NCBI GenBank assembly: GCA_947589645.1
Contig: CANQCG010000002.1
Coordinates: forward strand, 6,018-70,017
Direction of reading: 5' to 3'
Source: an uncultured Clostridia bacterium
GTDB taxonomy: Bacteria; Bacillota; Clostridia; TANB77; CAG-508
DNA length: 64,000 bases
Within the stretch, counting starts at the first letter, position 1. Every line of letters begins with the position of its first letter. The notes beneath the pieces were generated by a model. The model did no database searches. It was not told where the DNA came from and worked only from the letters and a program-made list of their open reading frames with translations. A program made the position numbers and the translations under genes. Shown in pieces: positions 47,373 to 56,900 of this stretch.

Positions 47373-47546
47373 TTTTTCACCTCTATTTTGTGAGCCTTTT
47401 TCTCTTGCATATGTTATATCACAACTTGTTTTATTTTTCAAGAAAAATAATAAGTTTCTTTTGTTTTTACAAAAAAATATACTAAAATTTTTTGTTTTTC
47501 TAAATTTATAATATAAATGCCTTGATTTTTAGAAGTTATGGCTATG

Positions 47547-47587
47547 AAAAAAAAATAAAACTACATTTAAATTTTAAAATGTAGTCT
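47547..47587 (-). terminator. Rho-independent terminator after rho
   Basis: Minus strand reads AGACTACATTTTAA-aat-TTAAATGTAGTTT, followed by TATTTTTTTTT. Confidence 0.75.
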
Positions 47588-47604
47588 TATTTTTATCATT
47601 TTTG

Positions 47605-48999
47605 TTATTTAAATCTTCTTAAGAAAGTATCTATTTTATCTAAAAATTCCTCATTGTTTTGTGTTTGAGTCATTTGACTAATTATTTGCTCTGTAACATC
47701 TGCTACTGGTAATGAATTTAATGCTTTTCTCAATGCAAATACAGTTTCATATTCTTTTGGGTTTAATAGTAAGTCTTCTTTTCTTGTTCCTGATTTGTTT
47801 ATATCAATTGCTGGGAAAATACGTTTTTCTGAAAGTTTTCTATCTAAGTGTACTTCCATATTTCCTGTTCCTTTGAATTCCTCGAATATTACATCATCCA
47901 TTCTACTTCCTGTGTCTATTAAAGCTGTAGCTAAAATTGTTAAGCTTCCTCCATTTTCTATGTTTCTTGCTGCTCCAAAGAATTTTTTAGGTTTATGTAA
48001 TGCTGCTGGGTCTATACCTCCAGATAGAGTTCTTCCAGATGATGGTATAGTTAAGTTGTAGGCTCTTGCTAAACGTGTGATACTATCTAATAAGATAACC
48101 ACGTCTTTATTTTGTTCTATTATTCTTTTTGCTCTTTCTAAAACCATCTCTGCAACTTTTACATGATGCTCTGGTAACTCATCAAATGTTGAATAAATTA
48201 CTTGTCCATTTATTGAACGCTTCATATCTGTTACTTCTTCTGGTCTTTCATCTATTAATAATACTATTAATTCTACTTCTGGATTGTTTGTTGTGATACT
48301 ATTTGCAATTTTCTTTAATAGCGTGGTCTTTCCTACTTTTGGTGGTGCTACTATCATTCCTCTTTGTCCTTTTCCTATTGGTGATATAAGGTCAATTATT
48401 CTCATTGCATATTCATTTGAAGTAGTTTCTAGTTTTAATCTTTCCTCTGGATAAATTGGTATTAATTCATCAAATCTTTTTCTTTTTGCAGCTTTTTCAG
48501 GATGTTCACCATTAACTTCACCAACAAATATTAAAGATGGAAATTTTTCGCCTTCCTTACATCTAGAGATTCCTTTTACCATGTCTCCAGTGTCTAATCT
48601 AAATCTTCTTATTTGTACTGGAGAAATATAAACATCTCTTGGGCTTGATAAATAATTGTCTCCACGTAAAAAACCATAACCATCTGGTAGAACCTCTAAA
48701 ATTCCTTCTACTATTTCGTCTTCTTCGTTAGTTACTTTATAGTCTACTGTAGAATCTCCAATTAGGGAGTCTTCAAGCTCTAGTTCTTCATCTTCATTAT
48801 CATATTTAATTTCTTCTTGCTTTTTTTCTAGAGTTTGCATTTTCTTTTTTTCTAATTCTTGCGCTTTGTTTCTAGATCTTTGCACATCTATTAATACTTC
48901 TATTAATTCTTCTTTTTTTAATTTTGATACATTTTTAATATTTTGCTCCTTAGCAATTTCACGTAATTCTGTTAATGTCATTTTTTCTAATTCAGACAT
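47605..48999 (-). CDS. rho: Transcription termination factor Rho, with a ~50-aa charged insertion after the N-terminal helical domain
   Basis: Rho_N ([14 protein letters not shown]…), CSD-like RNA-binding domain (…[14 protein letters not shown]…) and ATPase ([10 protein letters not shown]). Confidence 0.95.
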   Translation of the reverse strand: MSELEKMTLTELREIAKEQNIKNVSKLKKEELIEVLIDVQRSRNKAQELEKKKMQTLEKKQEEIKYDNEDEELELEDSLIGDSTVDYKVTNEEDEIVEGILEVLPDGYGFLRGDNYLSSPRDVYISPVQIRRFRLDTGDMVKGISRCKEGEKFPSLIFVGEVNGEHPEKAAKRKRFDELIPIYPEERLKLETTSNEYAMRIIDLISPIGKGQRGMIVAPPKVGKTTLLKKIANSITTNNPEVELIVLLIDERPEEVTDMKRSINGQVIYSTFDELPEHHVKVAEMVLERAKRIIEQNKDVVILLDSITRLARAYNLTIPSSGRTLSGGIDPAALHKPKKFFGAARNIENGGSLTILATALIDTGSRMDDVIFEEFKGTGNMEVHLDRKLSEKRIFPAIDINKSGTRKEDLLLNPKEYETVFALRKALNSLPVADVTEQIISQMTQTQNNEEFLDKIDTFLRRFK

Positions 49000-49140
49000 A
49001 AACTCCTCCTTTAATTATATTATTTTTATTTGGAAAATTTAGATTAAAAATAATAGAATAAATAATTTTGATTTATAACCACATATTTTATTATAACATA
49101 TATTTCTTAATTTGTGAAGCATTATTTACAAATATTGGCA

Positions 49141-49189
49141 AAAAATAAGCAAATAACACCTTTTATTTTCAAAATTAGTGTTATTTGCT
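49141..49189 (-). terminator. Terminator of the yabP-yabQ-divIC operon
   Basis: AGCAAATAACAC…GTGTTATTTGCT stem overlapping the divIC stop, followed on the minus strand by TATTTTT. Confidence 0.7.
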
Positions 49190-49444
49190 ACTATCTACAT
49201 ATATACTTTCATTAGGGTAATACATATTTAACCTTTCTCTTGCAACCTTTTCTATGTATTCTAATGAATTAGCATTTTCTCTACTAACTATTAACTCTTC
49301 TTGATATTCTTTTGCTTCTTCTATTTGAGTTTGTACCTCTGCCTCTTGCTTTTTGTATGAATTTAATACTTTTTCTTGATTTATAAAAGTAGTTACTGCA
49401 TATATTATAAAAACAATACCTACTATAATTTTTAACTTTTTCAT
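49181..49444 (-). CDS. divIC: Septum formation initiator (FtsB/DivIC family)
   Basis: 87 aa with an N-terminal TM segment plus coiled coil. Conserved position after yabQ. Confidence 0.75.
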   Translation of the reverse strand: MKKLKIIVGIVFIIYAVTTFINQEKVLNSYKKQEAEVQTQIEEAKEYQEELIVSRENANSLEYIEKVARERLNMYYPNESIYVDSSK

Positions 49445-49487
49445 ATGTGCCTCTCACTTATTTTTTGAACTTAAACAAATAAAGCTC

Positions 49488-50003
49488 TTAATTTATTATT
49501 CTACTTTTATTGTGCTTTTCCCCTATTTTTTTCACTTTTTTCATCGTATTTTTATTTATTTTTGCAATTATTTGTCTAAAAAACTTTTTTACATTGATAA
49601 TACAAAATAATATTGGCTTTTTTAGTATGTTTTTTATAAATTTGTAAATTTGTTGTATTGGAAAGATTAAAATTTTGAAAATAAAACCTACTATCTTTTT
49701 TATAATATTAATTATTGTAACACTTGCTTTAATTATAAGATTACTTAATATAAGCATGTATAACATTACTCCTAAAAGTACTCCTAAAAACATAAAAAAT
49801 CTTATTTCGCCGTTATTAAATACAAATATTGAATATAATACTATAAAGCCTGCGATGAGCCAAAAGATTATGTCTTCAATTACTGTTATAAAATCTGCTG
49901 TTTTAAAACTTTTTCTTAATATTCTAAAAATATCAAAAATTAAACCAATTATTGCTCCATCTAAAACAAAAATTAAAAATAATTCTGCTTGATTTAAAAC
50001 CAT
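49488..50003 (-). CDS. yabQ: Spore cortex biosynthesis protein YabQ
   Basis: Polytopic membrane protein (…LDGAIIGLIFDIFRILR…) directly after yabP. Confidence 0.75.
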   Translation of the reverse strand: MVLNQAELFLIFVLDGAIIGLIFDIFRILRKSFKTADFITVIEDIIFWLIAGFIVLYSIFVFNNGEIRFFMFLGVLLGVMLYMLILSNLIIKASVTIINIIKKIVGFIFKILIFPIQQIYKFIKNILKKPILFCIINVKKFFRQIIAKINKNTMKKVKKIGEKHNKSRIIN

Positions 50004-50012
50004 ATAATCACC

Positions 50013-50312
50013 TTATTTAAAGATTTTGCTTAATAAACTTCCTGATGGCTTATTTTGACCCACTTCACTATATGCTAGATAAGATATTTCGCCTTCTACA
50101 ATTACTTCTGAGGTATCTATACTTAATTTATTTATTCTTAAATTTTGTCCTTTAACTGTTAAAAGCCCTAGCTCTGTTTCTACCATTACAACTTGATCAT
50201 CAAAACTTAATACATCTAGAACTCCTGATATACTTAGTTTTTCTCTATTTTCTAATACCAAATTTTGAATTACACCCGTATTTGTACTTTTTCTTTCTTC
50301 TATACTTGGCAT
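50013..50312 (-). CDS. yabP: Sporulation protein YabP
   Basis: …LENREKLSISGVLDVLSFDDQVVMVETELGLLTVKGQNLRINKL… is a typical YabP. Confidence 0.85.
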   Translation of the reverse strand: MPSIEERKSTNTGVIQNLVLENREKLSISGVLDVLSFDDQVVMVETELGLLTVKGQNLRINKLSIDTSEVIVEGEISYLAYSEVGQNKPSGSLLSKIFK

Positions 50313-50462
50313 TATAAATCTCCCCTTTCTATATAAAAATATTTACATATATTGTCATAATTTTTATACCTTGCTTTGTATATTGCACTATTTATATATA
50401 TTCCGGGGTTGTACTTTTTAGAACTCTTATATTACATGTTTTTTCGTTATTTATAAACTTTT

Positions 50463-50493
50463 AAAGAGTCAACTTATTTTAAGTTGACTCTTT
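50463..50493. terminator. Hairpin downstream of the P-type ATPase gene
   Basis: AAAGAGTCAACTT-atttt-AAGTTGACTCTTT. Confidence 0.55.
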
Positions 50494-50564
50494 AACTATT
50501 TTTCTTAAATAAATTTTTATAAAAAACCGCACATTTCTTGATGTAAAAAGCTAGCATTTTAGTA

Positions 50565-53289
50565 TTATTCTTCTTTTGTTGTATTTATTTTTAGTAATTT
50601 AAATATTTCTACTATAACTATTGGTAGTAGCACTAAACCTATAATTTCTAGAATATTCTGCGTTGGTAATATTGGTATGCTAAATATATGCCTTAATGCA
50701 GGTACAAATAATATTACAAGTACTAATATTGCAGATACTAATATTGCTAAAAATAATTTGCTATTATTAAATATATTTGTTTTAAATAAAGATTTTTTAT
50801 TGTCTCTTACATTAAATACATGTACTAATTCTAAGAAAGATAATGTTACAAATGCCATAGTTTGACCTACTTCTATCTTGCTTTCGTCCAGTGATAATCC
50901 ATCTATTGGAGCTTTGGTTGTTGCTAAACCTATCATAAATGCTGATAATGTAATTAGTCCTACCATTATTCCTTGATATATAATTCTAAATGTCATGCCT
51001 TTTGTAAATACTCCGTGTAGATGGTTTTAAAGGCTTTCTCGTCATAATATCACTATTTGCTGGATCAAATGCTAATGCTAAAGCTGGAAGCGAATCTGTT
51101 ACTAAGTTTATCCATAATATGTGTATTGGAAGTAATACTTCTATTGCTGCTACATTTATTATTCCAAACCATTTTGCAAATAATGGTGTTAGTAAAGTTG
51201 CTAAAAATAATACTATTACTTCTCCTATATTACATGATATTAAAAATTGAATTACTTTTAATATATTGTCATATATACGTCTGCCTTCTTCTACTGCTGA
51301 TACAACTGTTGCAAAGTTATCATCTGTCAAAATTACATCTGCAGCTTCTTTTGCTACTTCTGTTCCTACAATTCCCATTGCACATCCTATATTGGCTGTT
51401 TTTAGTGCTGGACTATCATTTACTCCATCACCTGTCATGGCAACTATTTCTCCATTTGCTTGCCATGCTTTTACAATTCTAACTTTATGCTCAGGTGATA
51501 CTCTTGCATAAACTGAGTATTTTCTTACATTTTTTGTTAACTCTTCATCTGAAATTTGCTCTAACTCACTACCAGTTATAGCTTCATCTTCGTTTTCTAA
51601 TATTCCTAATTGTTTTGCTATTGCTATGGCAGTAATTTTATGGTCTCCGGTAATCATTACAGTTTTTATTCCTGCAGTTTTACATTTTTCTACTGCTCGT
51701 TTTGCCTCTTGTCTTGGTGGGTCTATCATTCCAACCATTCCTAAGAATATTAAGTCTTTTTCTATTGTTTCTAACTCTTCTTTTTCTGGTCTATGGTCTA
51801 ATTCTTTATAACCAAATGCTAATACTCTTAAAGCATTTCTTGCCATTTCTTCATTTTTTTCGTAAATTTCTTTTTTGTATCTTTCTAAGTCATTTCTATA
51901 GTTTCCATTTAAACTGTAGCCTTTACATCTTTTTAGAAGCTCATCAACCCCACCTTTAGTATATACTCTATATAAGTTATCTGATATTTTGTGTACTGTT
52001 GTCATAAGCTTTCTTTCTGAATCGAATGGCACTTCTGCTATTCTAGGCATATCTCCATAAATGCTAGAATCCAACTTAAAGTTAAATGCCATTTGTGTTA
52101 AAGCCGTTTCTGTTGGGTCTCCTGCTAAAGAGCCATCTTCTAATACTTTTGTATCATTACATAGAATTGCATTATATATTAATTGTTGCAATTCATTGTC
52201 CATTTCTGCACTTTCTATATCTTCTAGTCTACCATTCCAAAAAGCTTTTTTTACTGTCATCTTATTTTGAGTCAAAGTTCCTGTCTTATCTGAGCATATA
52301 ACTGTTGCACTTCCTAATGTTTCAACTGCTGGTAATTTTTTTACGATGGCATTTCTCTTTACCATTTTTTGAACTCCTATTGCTAAAACTATTGTTGATA
52401 CTGCAACTAAACCTTCTGGTATTGCTGCAACTGCTAAACTAACAGCTGTCATGAACATATGAATAGGTTCTTTTCCTTGAAATAATCCCAAAATAAATAT
52501 GAATATACAAATTGCTATTGCTGCTATTCCTAATGTTTTTCCTAACTTGTTTAGTTTCTTTTGCAAAGGTGTTTCTTGTTCTTCTGTATTGCTTAGCATT
52601 TCTGCTATTCTTCCAACCTCTGTTTCCATTCCAGTTTCTGTTACAATGGCAGTTCCTCTTCCATAAGTTATTAGACTTGAAGAAAATAGCATATTTGTTC
52701 TATCTCCAATACCTATTTCTTTTTTATCAATTACACCACTCATTTTTTCTACTGGAACAGATTCTCCTGTTAATGAAGATTCTTGTGATTTTAAGTTTAT
52801 GGCTTCTACAATTCTTAAATCTGCTGAAATGTAGTCTCCTGTTTCTATTATTGCTATATCTCCTGGTACTAATTCTCTTGCTGGTATTACTTCTGTTTTT
52901 CCGTTTCTAATTACTTTAGCTGCATGGCTACTTAATTTTTGAAGTGCCTCTAATGATTTTTCTGCTTTACTTTCTTGGGCTACTCCAATAATTGCATTTA
53001 CTATTACTACTATCATAATAACAATAGTATCTGTTATTCCTTCTCCTTCTGCTATTCCTACAATTCCTGATATTATGGCTGCAATTATAAGTATTATAAT
53101 AGAAAAATCTTTAAATTGAGCTAGAAATTTTTGAAATATGTTTTTCTTTTTTTGTTGTTTTAATTCGTTTAAGCCATATTTTTCACGTTTTTGCTCAACT
53201 TGCTCTGTTGTTAATCCTGTTTTTAAGTTGGTCTCTAAATTTTTTTCAACTTCTGAAATTTCTTGATTAAACCAATTTTCCTTTTCCAT
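50565..53289 (-). pseudogene. P-type (type IIA, Ca2+/Mn2+-transporting) ATPase, interrupted by a +1 frameshift at ~51012-51027
   Basis: DKTGTLT phosphorylation site, TGDHKITA and [11 protein letters not shown] motifs. The ORF stops after …RKPLKPST. Deleting one C in ACA-C-GGA gives …[21 protein letters not shown]…, which joins the 143-aa downstream ORF. Confidence 0.88.
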
Positions 53290-53345
53290 ATGACCCTCCA
53301 TAATTAAAGTATTTTTATTTTTTTAAATTATAAACATTTAAATTT

Positions 53346-53406
53346 AAAAATAAGACTTCTAAAAGAATTTAAGCTACCAATGTTGCTTAAGTTCTTTTAA
53401 AAGTCT
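53346..53406 (-). terminator. Expression-platform terminator of the Mn2+ riboswitch
   Basis: Minus strand reads AGACTTTTAAAAGAACTTAAGC-loop-GCTTAAATTCTTTTAGAAGTCT, followed by TATTTTT. The 5' arm overlaps the aptamer's 3' P1 strand (GAGACTTTT). Confidence 0.7.
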
Positions 53407-53490
53407 CGCTTGCTCTATATTTTAAGCTTACTAACCAGATGCTTTTAACATCGCGACTGTTGATTAGTAAAATATAGCTACTCCCTTTTA
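53399..53490 (-). promoter_or_regulatory. yybP-ykoY (Mn2+) riboswitch aptamer
   Basis: Minus strand reads AAAAGGGAGTAGC-TATATTTTA-CTAATCAACA…TGGTTAG…TTAAAATATA-GAGCAAGCGAGACTTTT. The conserved GGGAGUAG and AGCAAG.GAGAC loops and the paired helices match the known four-helix architecture. It lies upstream of a P-type ATPase, a known regulon member. Confidence 0.75.
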
Positions 53491-53506
53491 AATATGTTAT
53501 TTCTTG

Positions 53507-53581
53507 TGGTGACCCCTACGGGAATCGAACCCATGATTCCACCTTGAGAGGGTGGCGTCTTAACCGCTTGACCAAGGGGCC
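53507..53581 (-). tRNA. tRNA-Glu (anticodon CUC), CCA encoded
   Basis: GGCCCCTTGGTCAAGCGGTTAAGACGCCACCCTCTCAAGGTGGAATCATGGGTTCGATTCCCGTAGGGGTCACCA. It folds as a cloverleaf with a 7-bp acceptor stem, a CCACC/GGTGG anticodon stem and loop CT-CTC-AA. Confidence 0.92.
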
Positions 53582-53598
53582 ATTTATTGCACTTATTA

Positions 53599-53627
53599 TT
53601 TATATCATTTTTCTTCTTTCTAGTCAA
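53599..53627 (-). promoter_or_regulatory. Promoter of tRNA-Glu
   Basis: Minus strand reads TTGACT (53622-53627), a 17-nt spacer, then TATAAA (53599-53604), ~18 nt upstream of the tRNA 5' end. Confidence 0.55.
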
Positions 53628-53720
53628 GTGATTTTAATGAATTTGAATTACTACTTTTTAGAAAATTTATATATCTTACTCATTAATTTTTTTAAATTTA
53701 TATATATCTTTTTTAAAAAC

Positions 53721-53912
53721 GGGCCTTTTCTACAAGCTAGCATTTTATTTTTTTTGTAAATTATAATGCTAGCTTGTAGAAAGACCCTATTTTTGGTAGA
53801 AAATATATTTTAATTGTGTGATTTAATGCTTTTTTCATTATAAAATAGATAATTTTATGTAAAGCTTATGATTTTTAGAGTAAAAAAGCATTAAATCATA
53901 CATGGAAATATA
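53721..53912. repeat. Dispersed intergenic hairpin repeat, copy 3 (modules B+A)
   Basis: CTACAAGCTAGCATT…AATGCTAGCTTGTAG, then TGATTTAATGCTTTTTTCAT…TAAAAAAGCATTAAATCA. It matches copy 1 directly and copy 2 in reverse complement. Confidence 0.85.
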
Positions 53913-53919
53913 TTAAACT

Positions 53920-56900
53920 TTACAAATTTACATTTATTAATTTATCTAAATATGTTGAATAAATATAAACTTCATCAACTTTTCTTCTTAAGCTTTCCTC
54001 TAATGCTGTTTTATACAGTTTTAATTGCACTTCATATTTCTTTACCAAAGTCTCCTCCTTGCCAATTTCAACATAATCAGTTTTATAATCTAGCAAAACT
54101 AATTTATTATTTTCGTCAATAAAGTATAAATCAATTATACCTTGTACTAAAATATCTCCTTGCAAGTCATCACTAACATCTTGTTTATAAACATCTTTTA
54201 TCGGAATATTTATATAAAATGCTTTTTCCTTGCATAAAGTTTTTGAATTTTGCATCCTTTTCCAAAGGTTATTTTGAGTAAATTTATAAATTTTGCTTGG
54301 ATCAATAGCTTCAGCCTGCTTTTCTGTAATTTGATTTTTTGATTTTAAATCTTCGATTAATTCTTTTACATCAGCCAATGTGTAATTTTTAGAATTGTTT
54401 AATTTTTGCATGCATAAATGAATTAATGTTCCTTTTTCGCTATTTGTTATTTTATTCTCTTGATTACTCATAAATTTAGGCTTTGCAAAGTTTATTTCTT
54501 CTTTGACTTTTTGGGTATTAGACATACTAAATATTTTGTCCACATCTATTGATTCTAAAGATTCTTCTATAGCTTTTTCTTTTAGCTTGCTTACTGATGC
54601 TTTTGTTGGAATTGTAGATAAAGCTATGTCTGGATATTTATATTCTAGTAATTTTTTTATTTTTTCATATCGAGAATCATCTATTTGAGCATTGTTTAGT
54701 TTTTCATAAATATCATCTATGTTATTTTCATCTTGCTCTTTTTTAATGTTTATGTCATTCTTATTTATCAAATTAAATGTACAAATATCTTTTATGTCTT
54801 CGTTATATTTATAAACTAATATAAGCCAATCTAAATATTTGGTATATTTTTTTATTAATATTGGGTTTATCTTTTCTGTAGTTTTTGCATATCTAGAAAT
54901 TAGCTCGTCCATCTTTTCAAAAACTTGTTTTGCATTAGAATATGTTCCTGTTATAATTAATTTTTCTTTTGCTCTAGTAAGAGCAACATATAAAATTCTC
55001 ATTTCTTCAGCAATTGTCTCTAAATGCATTTTATTTGCAATAGCAGATTTGGTTAATGTATCATACTCTATTTGCATATTATAATCTATAAATTTTGTTC
55101 CAATTCCTATTTCATTATGTAATAATAAATTTTCTTTTAAGTCCATTAAATTTATTGTTTTTCCTGTGTTTGATAAAAATACAATTGGAAATTCTAGTCC
55201 TTTGCTTTTATGAATACTCATAATTCGCACTACATCTTCGTTTTCTCCAATAATTTTAGCTGAGCCTAAATCACCGCTTCCTGAATGGACTTTTTCTATA
55301 AAGTTAATAAAATTAAACAATCCTTTAAAGCTTGCAGATTCATACTGTTTTGCTCGTTCAAATAACATTTTTAAATTTGCTTGCCTTAAAGCTCCATTTG
55401 GCATTAAGCCAACGTAATTATAGTAACCTGTTTCTGTATATATTTTCCAAACTAGTTCATCTAAGCTTAAATATTCTTTGGCTTTTCTCCAATTTTCTAC
55501 ATTGTCTAAAAAAGAATTTATTTTTTCTTTTAATGTTTCGTCTGCGGTTAGCTTTGTCTTTAACATAGCATTATAAAAATAATCATACCCATCATTTAAT
55601 CGTATTTGTACTAAATCATTATCTGTAAAATTTGCAATGCTAGACCTTAAAACTGTTACTAATGGAATATCTTGTAATGGGTTATCTATGATTTTAAGTA
55701 AGCTCATTATAGTTTGAATTTCAATTGAGCCTAAATATTCAGTTGATGAATCGCTAAATACAGGTATATTTTGTTTCGCTAATTCTTTTTCAAATATTGG
55801 CGCTGATACTTTTGTTGACCTAAGTAAAATTGCTATGTCTTTATACTTGATGTTTCTAAATTGTTTAGCTTTTATATCATAAATTTGATACTTGCTTTGC
55901 ACTAATTTATTTATTTGCTGTGCAACATATTTTGCCTCTAGCTCAATGTCCATAATATGCTCATCTTCATCAGCTTGGTTATATTCTAAATCAGCATCTT
56001 GCATATTTTTTTTAGGGTTATCATCTTGCTCATCTATTTCTGATTTATCATTTTCATCATCGGTTTCAGCTAAATCAATAGCATTTATTTCTATTTTTAA
56101 ATCTTGCCCTACATCTTTATAATCTGCTCCCAAATTTAAAAATTCTTGCTCATTATATTCGATTTCCCAAGGCTTTTCTGTCATTAGATTTTCAAATACT
56201 AAATTAGTAAAATCTAATATGTTTTTTCTACTTCTAAAGTTTTTATATAACAGTATTTTTAAGTCATAATCTTGTGCTTTTTCTTCTTTTAATTTATATG
56301 TGTTGTATTTAGTGTAAAATAAATCTGGTCTTGCCTGTCTAAACTTATATATGCTTTGCTTTACATCTCCTACCATAAACATATTATTTTTTCTTGAAAT
56401 AGCAGTTAAAATATATTCTTGAATCAAATTACTATCTTGATATTCATCAATTGCAATTTCTACAAATTTGTCTTGATATTTTTTTGCAACTTCAGTTTGC
56501 TTAATTTCTCCATTTGACTCTTGCATTAATATATTTAAAGCAAAATGTTCAATGTCATTAAAATCCAGAATATTTTTTTCTTTTTTTGCCTTGCTTAGCC
56601 TAATTCCATATTCTAAAATTATGTTTTTTAATGCTTTTAATTTTGCATACATATCAAAAATATCTTGATTTGCTTCTCTTGAATTAAAAATTAAATATTT
56701 ATCTGTTTTCTTCTTTAATTTCTTTTTTACATTATCTCTAGCAGTTTTGGCAATTTCTTTTGCTTCTAGATCTAATTTTGAACTTCTTGGCCATGTTATA
56801 AATTCTAAATTTTGATTGATTTTATAAGCCTTGTCCCATGAATCTAAATTCACCTTTAATAGTTCCAACTGTTCTATATCATTTCTTAATGTTTGACTAT

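Noticed and set aside
50546-50563. AAAAGCTAGCATTTTAG resembling half of repeat module B
   Set aside because: It is only a ~15-nt one-arm match with no partner arm. It could be chance in AT-rich DNA or an eroded remnant, so it is not counted as a copy.
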